Assembly (NCBI GenBank): GCA_951406725.2
Contig: CATOCA020000003.1
Coordinates: 186,001 to 250,000 of the forward strand
DNA: 64,000 nt
From: Octopus vulgaris
Lineage: Eukaryota
Reading direction: 5' to 3'
In this document: positions 30,001-45,000 of the stretch, piece after piece
Layout of the letters: each line of letters starts with the position of its first letter
Position numbering within the stretch: the stretch's first letter is position 1
Notes under the pieces: model-generated
Told to the model about the DNA's origin: nothing
Seen by the model: the letters and a program-made list of their open reading frames with translations, nothing else
The model's database searches: none
Made by a program: the position numbers and the translations under genes

Positions 30001-33000
30001 GGGTTTTTACGGGACGGACCGCGTCGCCGTATCGACGGCGTGCATCTCGTGAACGCCCTTCCAACATCGGTGGCGGCTACGTCCACGCGTCCGTGGGCCG
30101 TACCGCGAGCGTGGGTTCGTTCTTTCGGTTTCGGGCACGGTAGCGCGGCGGAGGAACGGGCGACCGGCGCGGGCCTGCCGCTAACGTCCCCGCGGCTCGC
30201 GGACGAACGGGAGAAAGGGAGGCGGCGCGAAGGCGGCGCGAAGGCGGCGGCCGCCCGCCGGGCTGACGGCGTCGCAGGTTGACGTCCTGCCGAACGGTCC
30301 CCGAGGCATGAAACCTGCCGACTGCAAGCCCTCAAATATAGTCTTGACCCCCTTGGGGTGCGACGGTCACCTAGAGGCATGACTATCCAGCCGGGGCCGA
30401 TCCGTTTGCTTACGGTCCGAGCACCTCCTTAACTCACGGGTCGGACCACGTCGCTGTTTTTACCCGGTGCATATCGCCACGCACTCCCGGCGACTGACGG
30501 CATCGATCGCGCCTACGTCCACGTGTACGCGGGCGAGAGCGCCAGTTTCGCTCAAGCTCCACTTCGGCCTCGCCGTAGCGCGGCGGAGGCGCGGGCGGAG
30601 GCGGTCGCAGGCCCGCCGCTACCGGCTCCGGCCGCAGTTTGTCACCTTTCGGGAATTTACGAGACGGACCACGTCGCCGTATCGAACGCCCGTACCTCGC
30701 AACATCGGTCGCGGCTAGGTCCACGCGTACGTGGCCGACACCGCCCGCTTAGTTTCGTGCTTTCGATTCCAGGCACTATTCGGCGGCGGAGACGCGGGCG
30801 ACCGGCGCAGGCCTTGCGCAGGCCTGCCGCTACATCGCGCTAGCCGCAGTTTGTCATCTTTCGGGATTTTACGGGACGGACCGCGTCGCCGTATCGAGCG
30901 CGTGCATCTCGTGAACGCCTTCCGGCATCGCTGGCGGCTACGTCCACGCGTACGTGGGCCATGACGCGAGCTTGGGTTCGTTCTTTCGATTTCGGGCACG
31001 GTAGCGTGGCGGAGCAACGGGCGACAGGCGCAGGCCTGCCGCTAACGGCCCCGCGGGGCGTGGAGGAACGGGAGAAAGCGAGGCGGCGCGAAGGCGGCGG
31101 CGGCCCGCCGGGCTGACTGCGTCGTAGGCTGACGTCTCTGGCGGCCTGCCGAACGGTCCCGGAGACCTCCACCTGCCGACTGCAAGCCCTCACTATAGTC
31201 TTGACCCCCTCGGGGTGCGACGGTCACCTAGAGGCGTGACTATCCAGCCGGGGCCGATCCGTTTGCTTACGGTGCGAGCACCTCCGTAACTCACGGGTCG
31301 GACCACGTCGCTGTTTTTGCCCGGTGCATATCGCCACGCACTCCCGGCGACTGACGGCATCGATCGCGCCTACGTCCACGTGTACGCGGGCGAGAGCGCG
31401 AGTTTCGCTCAAGTTCCAATCGAGCCTCGCGGTAGCGCGGCGGAGCTGCGGGCGAAGGCGGTAGAAGGCGGGCGAATACCCGCCGCAATCGGCCGTTGCC
31501 TGCACCGGCCGCACTTTGTCATCTTTCGGGAATTTACGGGACGGACCGCGTCGCCGCATCGAACGCCCGCACGTCGCGACATCGGTCGCGTCTACGTCCA
31601 CGCGTACGCGGGCGAGACCGCACGCTCAAGTTCGTGCTTTCGATTTCACGCACGGTAGGGCGGCGGAGACGCGGCCGACCGGCGCATGCCTTCCGCCGCT
31701 ACCTCGTGCTAGCCGCAGTTTGTCATCTTTCGGGATTTTACGGGACGGACCACGTACTCCTATCGAGCGCCGGTATCTCGTGAACGCCTTCCGGCACCGG
31801 TGGCGGCTACGTCCACGCGTACGGGGGTCGAACCGCGAGCTTAGGTTCGTTCTTTCGATTTCGGGCACGTCAGGGCGGCGGAGCAACGGGCGACCGTACT
31901 AGCCGCAGTTTGCCATCTTTCGTGTTTTTACGGGACGCACCACGTCGCCGTATCGACGGCGTGCATCTCGTGAACGCCTTCCGGCATCGGTGGCGGCTAC
32001 GTCCACGCGTACGGGGGTCGCACCGCGAGCTTAGGTTCGTTCTTTCGATTTCGGGCACGTTAGGGCGGCGGAGCAACGGGCGACCGTGCTTGCCGCAGAT
32101 TGCCATCTTTCGGGTTTTTACGGGACGGACCGCGTCGCCGTATCGAGGGCGTGCATCTCGTGAACTCCTTCCGGCATCGGTGGCGGCTACGTCCACGCGT
32201 CCGTGGGCCGTACCGCGAGCGTGGGTTCGTTCTTTCGGTTTCGGGCACGGTCGCGCGGCATAGGAACGGGCGACCGGCGCGGGCCTGCCGCTAACGTCCC
32301 CGCGGCTCGCGGACGAACGGAAGAAAGCGAGGCGGCGCGAAGGCTGCGGCCACCCGCCGGGCTGACGGCGTCGCAGGCTGACGTCTCTGGCGTCCTGCCG
32401 AATGGTCCCCGAGGCATGAAACCTGCCGACTGCAAGCCCTCAATATAGTCTTGACCCCCTTGGGGTGCGACGGTCACCTAGAGGCGTGACAATCCAGCCG
32501 GGGCCGATCCGTTTGCTTACGGTCCGAGCACCTCCGTAACTCACGGGTCGGACCACGTCGCTGTTTTTGCCCGGTGCATATCGCCACGCACTCCCGGCGA
32601 CTGACGGCATCGATCGCGCCTACGTCCACGGGTACGCGGGCGAGAGCGCGAGTTTCGCTCAAGTCCCAATCGAGCCTCGCGGTAGCGCGGCGGAGCAGTG
32701 GGCGAAGGCGGTAGAAAGCGGGCGAATGCCCGCCGCAATCGGCCGCTACCTGCACTGGCCTCACTTTGTCATCTTTCGGGAATTTACGGGACGGACCGCG
32801 TCGCCGCATCGAACGCCCGCACGTCGCGACATCGGTCGCGGCTACGTCCACGCGTACGCGGGCGAGACCGCACGCTCAAGTTCGTGCTTTCGATTTCACG
32901 CACGGTAGGGCGGCGGAGAAACGGGCGACCGGCGCACGCCTTCCGCCGCTACCTCGTGCTAGCCGCAGTTTGTCATCTTTCGGGATTTTACGGGACGGAC

Positions 33001-36000
33001 CACGTACTCCTATCGAGCGCCGGTATCTCGTGAACGCCTTCCGGCACCGGTGGCGGCTACGTCCACGCGTACGGGGGTCGAACCGCGAGCTTAGGTTCGT
33101 TCTTTCGATTTCGGGCACGTCAGGGCGGCGGAGCAACGGGCGACCGTACTAGCCGCAGTTTGCCATCTTTCGTGCTTTTACGGGACGCACCACGTCGCCG
33201 TATCGACGGCGTGCATCTCGTGAACGCCTTCCGGCATCGGTGTGGCGGCTACGTCCACGCGTACGGGGGTCGCACCGCGAGCTTAGCTTCGTTCTTTCGA
33301 TTTCGGGCACGTCAGGGCGGCGGAGCAACGGGCGACCGTGCTTGCCGCAGATTGGTATCTTTCGGGTTTTTACGGGACGGACCGCGTCGCCGTATCGAGG
33401 GCGTGCATCTCGTGAACGCCTTCCGGCATCGGTGGCGGCTACGTCTACCCGTCCGTGGGCCGTACCGCGAGCGTGGGTTCGTTCTTTCGGTTTCGGGCAC
33501 GGTCGCGCGGCGGAGGAACGGGCGACCGGCGCGGGCCTGCCGCTAACGGCCCCGCGGCTCGCGGACGAACGGGAGAAAGCGAGGTGGCGCGAAGGCGGCG
33601 GCCCCCCGCCGGGCTGACGGCGTCGCAGGCTGACGTCTCTGGCGTCCTGCCGAACGGTCCCGAGGCATGAAACCTGCCGACTGCAAGCCCTCAATATAGT
33701 CTTGACCCCCTCGGGGTGCGACGGTCACCTAGAGGCGTGACTATCCAGCCGGGGCCGATCCGTTTGCTTACGGTCCGAGCACCTCCGTAACTCACGGGTC
33801 GGACCACGTCGCTGTTTTTGCCCGGTGCATATCGCCACGCACTCCCGGCGACTGACGGCATCGATCGCGCCTACGTCCACGTGTACGCGGGCGAGAGCGC
33901 GAGTTTCGCTCAAGTTCCAATCGAGCCTCGCGGTAGCGCGGCGGAGCAGGGGCGACGGCGGTAGAAGGCGGCGAATGCCCGCCGCAATCGGCCGTTGCCT
34001 GCACCGGCCGCACTTTGTCATCTTTCGGGAATTTACGGGACGGACCGCGTCGCCGCATCGAACGCCCGCACGTCGCGACATCGGTCGCGGCTACGTCCAC
34101 GCGTACGCGGGCGAGACCGCACGCTCAAGTTCGTGCTTTCGATTTCACGCACGGTAGGGCGGCGGAGACGCGGGCGACCGGCGCACGCCTTCCGCCGCTA
34201 CCTCGTGCTAGCCGCAGTTTGTCATCTTTCGGGATTTTACGGGACGGACCACGTACTCCTATCGAGCGCCGGTATCTCGTGAACGCCTTCCGGCACCGGT
34301 GGCGGCTACGTCCACGCGTACGGGGGTCGAACCGCGAGCTTAGGTTCGTTCTTTCGATTTCGGTCACGTCAGGGCGGCGGAGCAACGGGCGACCGTGCTT
34401 GCCGCAGATTGCCATCTTTCGGGTTTTTACGGGACGGACCGCGTCGCCGTATCGAGGGCGTGCATCTCGTGAACGCCTTCCGGCATCGGTGGCGGCTACG
34501 TCCACGCGTCCGTGGGCCGTACCGCGAGCGTGGGTTCGTTCTTTCGGTTTCGGGCACGGTCGCGCGGCGGAGGAACGGGCGACCAGCGCGGGCCTGCCGC
34601 TAACGTCCCCGCGGCTCGCGGACGAACGGGAGAAAGCGAGGCGGCGCGAAGGCGGCGGCCACCCGCCGGGCTGACGTCTCTGCCGTCCTGCCGAACGGTC
34701 CCCGAGGCATGAAACCTGCCGACTGCATGCCCTCAATATAGTCTTGACCCCCTCGGGGTGCGACGGTCACCTTGAGGCGTGACTATCCAGCCGGGGCCGA
34801 TCCGTTTGCATACGGTCCGAGCACCTCCGTAACTCACGGGTCGGAACACGTCGCTGTTTTTGCCCGGTGCATATCGCCACGCACTCCCGGCGACTGACGG
34901 CATCGATCGCGCCTACGTCCACGGGTACGCGGGCGAGAGCGCGAGTTTCGCTCAAGTTCTATTTCGGCCTCGCGGTAGCGCGGCGGAGCTGCGGGCGAAG
35001 GCGGTAGAAGGCAGGCGAATGCCCGCCGCAATAGGCCGTTGCCTGCACCGGCCGCACTTTGTCATCTTTCGGGAATTTACGGGACGGACCGCGTCGCCGC
35101 ATCGAACGCCCGCACGTCGCGACATCGGTCGCGGCTACGTCCACGCGTACGCGGGCGAGACCGCACGCTCAAGTTCGTGCTTTCGATTTCACGCACGGTA
35201 GGGCGGCGGAGACGCGGGCGACCGGCGCACGCCTTCCGCCGCTACCTCGTGCTAGCCGCAGTTTGTCATCTTTCGGGATTTTACGGGACGGACCACGTAC
35301 TCCTATCGAGCGCCGGTATCTCGTGAACGCCTTCCGGCACCGGTGGCGGCTACGTCCACGCGTACGGGGGTCGCACCGCGAGCTTAGGTTCGTTCTTTCG
35401 ATTTCGGGCACGTCTGGGCGGCGGAGCAACTGGCGACCGTGCTAGCCGCAGTTTGCCATCTTTCGTGTTTTCACGGGACGCACCACGTCGCCGTATCGAC
35501 GGCGTGCATCTCGTGAACGCCTTCCGGCATCGGTGGCGGCTACGTCCACGCGTACGTGGGCGAGACCGCACGCTCAAGTTCGTTCTTTCGATTTCGGGCA
35601 CGCTAGGGCGGCGGAGCAACGGGCGACCGTGCTAGCCGCAGTTTGCCATCTTTCGGGTTTTTACGGGACGGACCGCGTCGCCGTATCGACGGCGTGCATC
35701 TCGTGAACGCCCTTCCAACATCGGTGGCGGCTACGTCCACGCGTCCGTGGGCCGTACCGCGAGCGTGGGTTCGTTCTTTCGGTTTCGGGCACGGTAGCGC
35801 GGCGGAGGAACGGGCGACCGGCGCGGGCCTGCCGCTAACGGCCCCGAAGCTCGCGGACGAACGGGAGAACGCGAGGCGGCGCGAAGGCGGCGGCCGCCCG
35901 CCGGGCTGACGGCGTCGCAGGCTGACGTCCTGCCGAACGGTCCCCGAGGCATGAAACCTGCCGACTGCAAGCCCTCAAATATAGTCTTGACCCCCTTGGG

Positions 36001-39000
36001 GTGCGACGGTCACCTAGAGGCATGACTATCCAGCCGGGGCCGATCCGTTTGCTTACGGTCCGAGCACCTCCTTAACTCACGGGTCGGACCACGTCGCTGT
36101 TTTTACCCGGTGCATATCGCCACGCACTCCCGGCGACTGACGGCATCGATCGCGCCTACGTCCACGTGTACGCGGGCGAGAGCGCCAGTTTCGCTCAAGC
36201 TCCACTTCGGCCTCGCCGTAGCGCGGCGGAGGCGCGGGCGGAGGCGGTCGCAGGCCCGCCGCTACCGGCTCCGGCCGCAGTTTGTCACCTTTCGGGAATT
36301 TACGAGACGGACCACGTCGCCGTATCGAACGCCCGTACCTCGCAACATCGGTCGCGGCTAGGTCCACGCGTACGTGGCCGACACCGCCCGCTTAGTTTCG
36401 TGCTTTCGATTCCAGGCACGGTTCGGCGGCGGAGACGCGGGCGACCGGCGCAGGCCTTGCGCAGGCCTGCCGCTACATCGCGCTAGCCGCAGTTTGTCAT
36501 CTTTCGGGATTTTACGGGACGGACCGCGTCGCCGTATCGAGCGCGTGCATCTCGTGAACGCCTTCCGGCATCGCTGGCGGCTACGTCCACGCGTACGTGG
36601 GCCATGACGCGAGCTTGGGTTCGTTCTTTCGATTTCGGGCACGGTAGCGTGGCGGAGCAACGGGCGACAGGCGCAGGCCTGCCGCTAACGGCCCCGCGGG
36701 GCGTGGAGGAACGGGAGAAAGCGAGGCGGCGCGAAGGCGGCGGCGGCCCGCCGGGCTGACTGCGTCGTAGGCTGACGTCTCTGGCGGCCTGCCGAACGGT
36801 CCCGGAGACCTCCACCTGCCGACTGCAAGCCCTCACTATAGTCTTGACCCCCTCGGGGTGCGACGGTCACCTAGAGGCGTGACTATCCAGCCGGGGCCGA
36901 TCCGTTTGCTTACGGTCCGAGCACCTCCGTAACTCACGGGTCGGACCACGTCGCTGTTTTGCCCGGTGCATATCGCCACGCACTCCCGGCGACTGACGGC
37001 ATCGATCGCGCCTACGTCCACGTGTACGCGGGCGAGAGCGCGAGTTTCGCTCAAGTTTCAATCGAGCCTCGCGGTAGCGCGGCGGAGCTGCGGGCGAAGG
37101 CGGTAGAAGGCGGGCGAATACCCGCCGCAATCGGCCGTTGCCTGCACCGGCCGCACTTTGTCATCTTTCGGGAATTTACGGGACGGACCGCGTCGCCGCA
37201 TCGAACGCCCGCACGTCGCGACATCGGTCGCGGCTACGTCCACGCGTACGCGGGCGAGACCGCACGCTCAAGTTCGTGCTTTCGATTTCACGCACGGTAG
37301 GGCGGCGGAGACGCGGGCGACCGGCGCACGCCTTCCGCCGCTACCTCGTGCTAGCCGCAGTTTGTCATCTTTCGGGATTTTACGGGACGGACCACGTACT
37401 CCTATCGAGCGCCGGTATCTCGTGAACGCCTTCCGGCACCGGTGGCGGCTACGTCCACGCGTACGGGGGTCGAACCGCGAGCTTAGGTTCGTTCTTTCGA
37501 TTTCGGGCACGTCAGGGCGGCGGAGCAACGGGCGACCGTGCTAGCCGCAGTTTGCCATCTTTCGTGTTTTTACGGGACGCACCACGTCGCCGTATCGACG
37601 GCGTGCATCTCGTGAACGCCTTCCGGCATCGGTTGTGGCGGCTACGTCCACGCGTACGGGGTCGCACCGCGAGCTTAGCTTCGTTCTTTCGATTTCGGGC
37701 ACGTCAGGGCGGCGGAGCAACGGGCGACCGTGCTTGCCGCAGTTTGCCATCTTTCGTGTTTTTACGGGACGGACCGCGTCGCCGTATCGACGGCGTGCAT
37801 CTCGTGAACGCCTTCCGGCATCGGTGGCGGCTACGTCCACGCGTCCGTGGGCCGTACCGCGAGCGTGGGTTCGTTCTTTCGGTTTCGGGCACGGTCGCGC
37901 GGCGGAGGAACGGGCGACCGGCGCGGGCCTGCCGCTAACGGCCCCGCGGCTCGCGGACGAACGGGAGAAAGCGAGGCGGCGCGAAGGCGGCGGCCACCCG
38001 CCGGGCTGACGGCGTCGCAGGCTGACGTCTCTGGCGTCCTGCCGAACGGTCCCCGAGGCATGAAACCTGCCGACTGCAAGCCCTCAATATAGTCTTGACC
38101 CCCTTGGGGTGCGACGGTCACCTAGAGGCGTGACTATCCAGCCGGGGCCGATCCGTTTGCTTACGGTCCGAGCACCTCCTTAACTCACGGGTCGGACCAC
38201 GTCGCTGTTTTGCCCGGTGCATATCGCCACGCACTCCCGGCGACTGACGGCATCGATCGCGCCTAACGTCCACGGGTACGCGGGCGAGAGCGCGAGTTTC
38301 GCTCAAGTCCCAATCGAGCCTCGCGGTAGCGCGGCGGAGCAGTGGGCGAAGGCGGTAGAAAGCGGGCGAATGCCCGCCGCAATCGGCCGTTACCTGCACT
38401 GGCCTTACTTTGTCATCTTTCGGGAATTTACGGGACGGACCGCGTCGCCGCATCGAACGCCCGCACGTCGCGACATCGGTCGCGGCTACGTCCACGCGTA
38501 CGCGGGCGAGACCGCACGCTGAAGTTCGTGCTTTCGATTTCACGCACGGTAGGGCGGCGGAGACGCGGGCGACCGGCGCACGCCTTCCGCCGCTACCTCG
38601 TGCTAGCCGCAGTTTGTCATCTTTCGGGATTTTTACGGGACGGACCACGTACTCCTATCGAGCGCCGGTATCTCGTGAACGCCTTCCGGCACCGGTGGCG
38701 GCTACGTCCACGCGTACGGGGGTCGAACCGCGAGCTTAGGTTCGTTCTTTCGATTTCGGGCACGTCAGGGCGGCGGAGCAACGGGCGACCGTGCTAGTCG
38801 CAGTTTGCCATCTTTCGTGTTTTTACGGGACGCACCACGTCGCCGTATCGACGGCGTGCATCTCGTGAACGCCTTCCGGCATCGGTTGTGGCGGCTACGT
38901 CCACGCGTACGGGGGTCGCACCGCGAGCTTAGCTTCGTTCTTTCGATTTCGGGCACGTCAGGGCGGCGGAGCAACGGGCGACCGTGCTTGCCGCAGTTTG

Positions 39001-42000
39001 CCATCTTTCGTGTTTTTACGGGACGGACCGCGTCGCCGTATCGACGGCGTGCATCTCGTGAACGCCTTCCGGCATCGGTGGCGGCTACGTCCACGCGTCC
39101 GTGGGCCGTACCGCGAGCGTGGGTTCGTTCTTTCGGTTTCGGGCACGGTCGCGCGGCGGAGGAACGGGCGACCGGCGCGGGCCTGCCGCTAACGGCCCCG
39201 CGGCTCGCGGACGAACGGGAGAAAGCGAGGTGGCGCGAAGGCGGCGGCCCCCCGCCGGGCTGACGGCGTCGTAGGCTGACGTCTCTGGCGGCCTGCCGAA
39301 CGGTCCCGGAGACCTCCACCTGCCGACTGCAAGCCCTCACTATAGTCTTGACACCCTCGGGGTGCGACGGTCACCTAGAGGCGTGACTATCCAGCCGGGG
39401 CCGATCCGTTTGCTTACGGTGCGAGCACCTCCGTAACTCACGGGTCGGACCACGTCGCTGTTTTTGCCCGGTGCATATCGCCACGCACTCCCGGCGACTG
39501 ACGGCATCGATCGCGCCTACGTCCACGTGTACGCGGGCGAGAGCGCGAGTTTCGCTCAAGTTCCAATCGAGCCTCGCGGTAGCGCGGCGGAGCAGGGGGC
39601 GACGGCGGTAGAAGGCGGCGAATGCCCGCCGCAATCGGCCGTTGCCTGCCTGCACCGGCCGCACTTTGTCATCTTTCGGGAATTTACGGGACGGACCGCG
39701 TCGCCGCATCGAACGCCCGCACGTCGCGACATCGGTCGCGGCTACGTCCACGCGTACGCGGGCGAGACCGCACGCTCAAGTTCGTGCTTTCGATTTCACG
39801 CACGGTAGGGCGGCGGAGACGCGGGCGACCGGCGCACGCCTTCCGCCGCTACCTCGTGCTAGCCGCAGTTTGTCATCTTTCGGGATTTTTACGGGACGGA
39901 CCACGTACTCCTATCGAGCGCCGGTATCTCGTGAACGCCTTCCGGCACCGGTGGCGGCTACGTCCACGCGTACGGGGGTCGAACCGCGAGCTTAGGTTCG
40001 TTCTTTCGATTTCGGGCACGTCAGGGCGGCGGAGCAACGGGCGACCGTGCTAGCCGCAGTTTGCCATCTTTCGTGTTTTTACGGGACGCACCACGTCGCC
40101 GTATCGACGGCGTGCATCTCGTGAACGCCTTCCGGCATCGGTGGTGGCGGCTACGTCCACGCGTACGGGGGTCGCACCACGAGCTTAGCTTCGTTCTTTC
40201 GATTTCGGGCACGTCAGGGCGGCGGAGCAACGGGCGACCGTGCTTGCCGCAGTTTGCCATCTTTCGTGTTTTTACGGGACGGACCGCGTCGCCGTATCGA
40301 CGGCGTGCATCTCGTGAACGCCTTCCGGCATCGGTGGCGGCTACGTCCACGCGTCCGTGGGCCGTACCGCGAGCGTGGGTTCGTTCTTTCGGTTTCGGGC
40401 ACGGTCGCGCGGCGGAGGAACGGGCGACCGGCGCGGGCCTGCCGCTAACGTCCCCGCGGCTCGCGGACGAACGGGAGAAAGCGAGGCGGCGCGAAGGCGG
40501 CGGCCACCCGCCGGGCTGACGTCTCTGCCGTCCTGCCGAACGGTCCCCGAGGCATGAAACCTGCCGACTGCATGCCCTCAATATAGTCTTGACCCCCTTG
40601 GGGTGCGACGGTCACCTAGAGGCGTGACTATCCAGCCGGGGCCGATCCGTTTGCATACGGTCCGAGCACCTCCGTAACTCACGGGTCGGAACACGTCGCT
40701 GTCTTTACCCGGTGCATATCGCCACGCACTCCCGGCGACTGACGGCATCGATCGCGCCTACGTCCACGTGTACGCGGGCGAGAGCGCGAGTTTCGCTCGA
40801 GTCGCATTACGGCCTCGCGGTAGCGCGGCGGAGCTGCGGGCGAAGGCGGTAGAAGGCGGGCGAATGCCCGCCGCAATCGGCCGTTGCCTGCACCGGCCGC
40901 ACTTTGTCATCTTTCGGGAATTTACGGGACGGACCGCGTCGCCGCATCGAACGCCCGCACGTCGCGACATCGGTCGCGGCTACGTCCACGCGTACGCGGG
41001 CGAGACCGCACGCTGAAGTTCGTGCTTTCGATTTCACGCACGGTAGGGCGGCGGAGACGCGGGCGACCGGCGCACGCCTTCCGCCGCTACCTCGTGCTAG
41101 CCGCAGTTTGTCATCTTTCGGGATTTTTCGGGACGGACCACGTACTCCTATCGAGCGCCGGTATCTCGTGAACGCCTTCCGGCACCGGTGGCGGCTACGT
41201 CCACGCGTACGGGGGTCGCACCGCGAGCTTAGGTTCGTTCTTTCGATTTCGGGCACGTCTGGGCGGCGGAGCAACTGGCGACCGTGCTAGCCGCAGTTTG
41301 CCATCTTTCGTGTTTTCACGGGACGCACCAAATCGCCGTATCGACGGCGTGCATCTCGTGAACGCCTTCCGGCATCGGTGGCGGCTACGTCCACGCGTAC
41401 GTGGGCGAGACCGCACGCTCAAGTTCGTTCTTTCGATTTCGGGCACGCTAGGGCGGCGGAGCAACGGGCGACCGTGCTAGCCGCAGTTTGCCATCTTTCG
41501 GGTTTTTACGGGACGGACCGCGTCGTCGTATCGACGGCGTGCATCTCGTGAACGCCCTTCCAACATCGGTGGCGGCTACGTCCACGCGTCCGTGGGCCGT
41601 ACCGCGAGCGTGGGTTCGTTCTTTCGGTTTCGGGCACGGTAGCGCGGCGGAGGAACGGGCGACCGGCGCGGGCCTGCCGCAAACGGCCCGCGGCTCGCGG
41701 ACGAACGGGAGAAAGCGAGGCGGCGCGAAGGCGGCGGCCGCCCGCCGGGCTGACGGCGTCGCAGGCTGACGTCTCTGGCGTCCTGCCGAACGGTCCCCGA
41801 GGCATGAAACCTGCCGACTGCAAGCCCTCAATATAGTCTTGACCCCCTTGGGGTGCGACGGTCACCTAGAGGCATGACTATCCAGCCGGGGCCGATCCGT
41901 TTGCTTACGGTCCGAGCACCTCAACTCACGGGTCGGACCACGTCGCTGTTTTTACCCGGTGCATATCGCCACGCACTCCCGGCGACTGACGGCATCGATC

Positions 42001-45000
42001 GCGCCTACGTCCACGTGTACGCGGGCGAGAGCGCCAGCTTCGCTCAAGCTCCACTTCGGCCTCGCCGTAGCGCGGCGGAGGCGCGGGCGGAGGCGCGGGC
42101 GAAGGCGCGGGCGATGGCGGTCGCAGGCCCGCCGCTACCGGCTCCGGCCGCAGTTTGTCATCTTTCGGGAATTTACGAGACGGACCACGTCGCCGTATCG
42201 AACGCCCGTACCTCGCAACATCGGTCGCGGCTAGGTCCACGCGTACGTGGCGACACCGCCCGCTTAGTTTCGTGCTTTCGATTCCACGCACGGTTCGGCG
42301 GCGGAGACGCGGGCGACCGGCGCAGGCCTTGCGCAGGCCTGCCGCTACATAGCGCTAGCCGCAGTTTGTCATCTTTCGGGATTTTACGGGACGGACCGCG
42401 TCGCCCGTATTGAGCGCGTGCATCTCGTGAACGCCTTCCGGCATCGCTGGCGGCTACGTCCGCGCGTACGTGGGCCATGACGCGAGCTTGGCTTCGTTCT
42501 TTCGATTTCGGGCACGGTAGCGCGGCGGAGCAACGGGCGACGGGCGCAGGCCTGCCGCTAACGGCCCCGCGGGGCGTGGAGGAACGGGAGAAAGCGAGGC
42601 GGCGCGAAGGCGGCGGTTGCCCGCCGGGCTGACGGCGTCGTAGGCTGACGTCTCTGGCATCCTGCCGAACGGTCCCGGAGACCTCCACCTGCCGACTGCA
42701 AGCCCTCACTATAGTCTTGACCCCCTCGGGGTGCGACGGTCACCTAGAGGCGTGACTATCCATCCGGGGCCGATCCGTTTGCTTACGGTCCGAGCACCTC
42801 CGTAACTCACGGGTCGGACCACGTCGCTGTTTTTGCCCGGTGCATATCGCCACGCACTCCCGGCGACTGACGGCATCGATCGCGCCTACGTCCACGGGTA
42901 CGCGGGCGAGAGCGCGAGTTTCGCTCAAGTCCCAATCGAGCCTCGCGGTAGCGCGGCGGAGCTGCGGGCGAAGGCGGTAGAAGGCAGGCGAATGCCCGCC
43001 GCAATCGGCCGTTGCCTGCACCGGCCGCACTTTGTCATCTTTCGGGAATTTACGGGACGGACCGCGTCGCCGCATCGAACGCCCGCACGTCGCGACATCG
43101 GTCGCGGCTACGTCCACGCGTACGCGGTGCATCTCGTGAACGCCTTCCGGCATCGGTGGCGGCTACGTCCACGCGTCCGTGGGCCGTACCGCGAGCGTGG
43201 GTTCGTTCTTTCGGTTTCGGACACAGTCGCGCGGCGGAGGAACGGGCTACCGGCGCGGGCCTGCCGCTAACGTCCCCGCGGCTCGCGGACGAACGGGAGA
43301 AAGCGAGGCGGCGCGAAGGCGGCGGCCACCCGCCGGGCTGATGGCGTCGCAGGCTGACGTCTCTGGCGTCCTGCCGAACGGTCCCCGAGGCATGAAACCT
43401 GCCGACTGCAAGCCCTCAATATAGTCTTGACCCCCTTGGGGTGCGACGGTCACCTAGAGGCGTGACTATTCAGCCGGGGCCGATCCGTTTGCTTACGGTC
43501 CGAGCACCTCCTTAACTCACGGGTCGGACCACGTCGCTGTCTTTACCCGGTGCATATCGCCACGCACTCCCGGCGACTGACGGCATCGATCGCGCCTACG
43601 TCCACGTGTACGCGGGCGAGAGCGCGAGTTTCGCTCGAGTTGCACTTCGGCCTCGCGGTAGCGCGGCGGAGCTGCGGGCGAAGGCGGTAGAAGGCGGGCG
43701 AATGCCCGCCGCAATCGGCCGTTGCCTGCACCGGCCGCACTTTGTCATCTTTCGGGAATTTACGGGACGGACCGCGTCGCCGCATCGAACACCCGCACGT
43801 CGCGACATCGGTCGCGGCGACGTCCACGCGTACGCGGGCGAGACCGCACGCTCAAGTTCGTGCTTTCGATTTCACGCACGTAGGGCGGCGGAGACGCGGG
43901 CGACCGGCGCACGCCTTCCGCCGCTACCTCGTGCTAGCCGCAGTTTGTCATCTTTCGGGATTTTACGGGACGGACCGCGTCGCCGTATCGAGCGCGTGCA
44001 TCTCGCGAACGCCTTCCGGCATCGCTGGCGGCTACGTCCACGCGTACGTGGGCCGTACCGCGAGCTTGGGTTCGTTCTCTCGATTTCGGGCACGTCTGGG
44101 CGGCGGAGCAACGGGCGACCGTGCTAGCCGCAGTTTGCCATCTTTCGTGTTTTCACGGGACGCACCACGTCACCGTATCGACGGCGTGCATCTCGTGAAC
44201 GCCTTCCGGCATCGGTGGCGGCTACGTCCACGCGTACGTGGGCGAGACCGCACGCTCAAGTTCGTTCTTTCGATTTCGGGCACGCTAGGGCGGCGGAGCA
44301 ACGGGCGACCGTGCTAGCCGCAGTTTGCCATCTTTCGGGTTTTTACTGGACGGACCGCCTCGCCGTATCGACGGCGTGCATCTCGTGAACGCCCTTCTAA
44401 CATCGGTGGCGGCTACGTCCACGCGTCCGTGGGCCGTACCGCGAGCGTGGGTTCGTTCTTTCGGTTTCGGGCACGGTAGCGCGGCGGAGGAACGGGCGAC
44501 CGGCGCGGGCCTGCCGCTAACGGCACCGCGGCTCGCGGACGAACGGGAGAAAGCGAGGCGGCGCGAAGGCGGCGGCCGCCCGCCGGGCTGATGGCGTCGC
44601 AGGCTGACGTCTCTGGCGTCCTGCCGAACGGTCCCCGAGGCATGAAACCTGCCGACTGCAAGCCCTCAATTATAGTCTTGACCCCCTTGGGGTGCGACGG
44701 TCACCTAGAGGCGTGAGTATCCAGCCGGGGCCTATCCGTTTGCTTACGGTCCGAGCACCTCCTTAACTCACGGGTCGGACCACGTCGCTGTTTTTACCCG
44801 GTGCATATCGCCACGCACTCCCGGCGACTGACGGCATCGATCGCGCCTACGTCCACGGGTACGCGGGCGAGAGCGCGAGTTTCGCTCAAGTTTTAAACGA
44901 GCCTCGCGGTAGCGCGGCGGAGCTGCGGGCGAAGGCGTTAGAAAGCGGGCGAATGCCCGCCGCAATCGGCCGTTGCCTTCACCGGCCGCACTTTGTCATC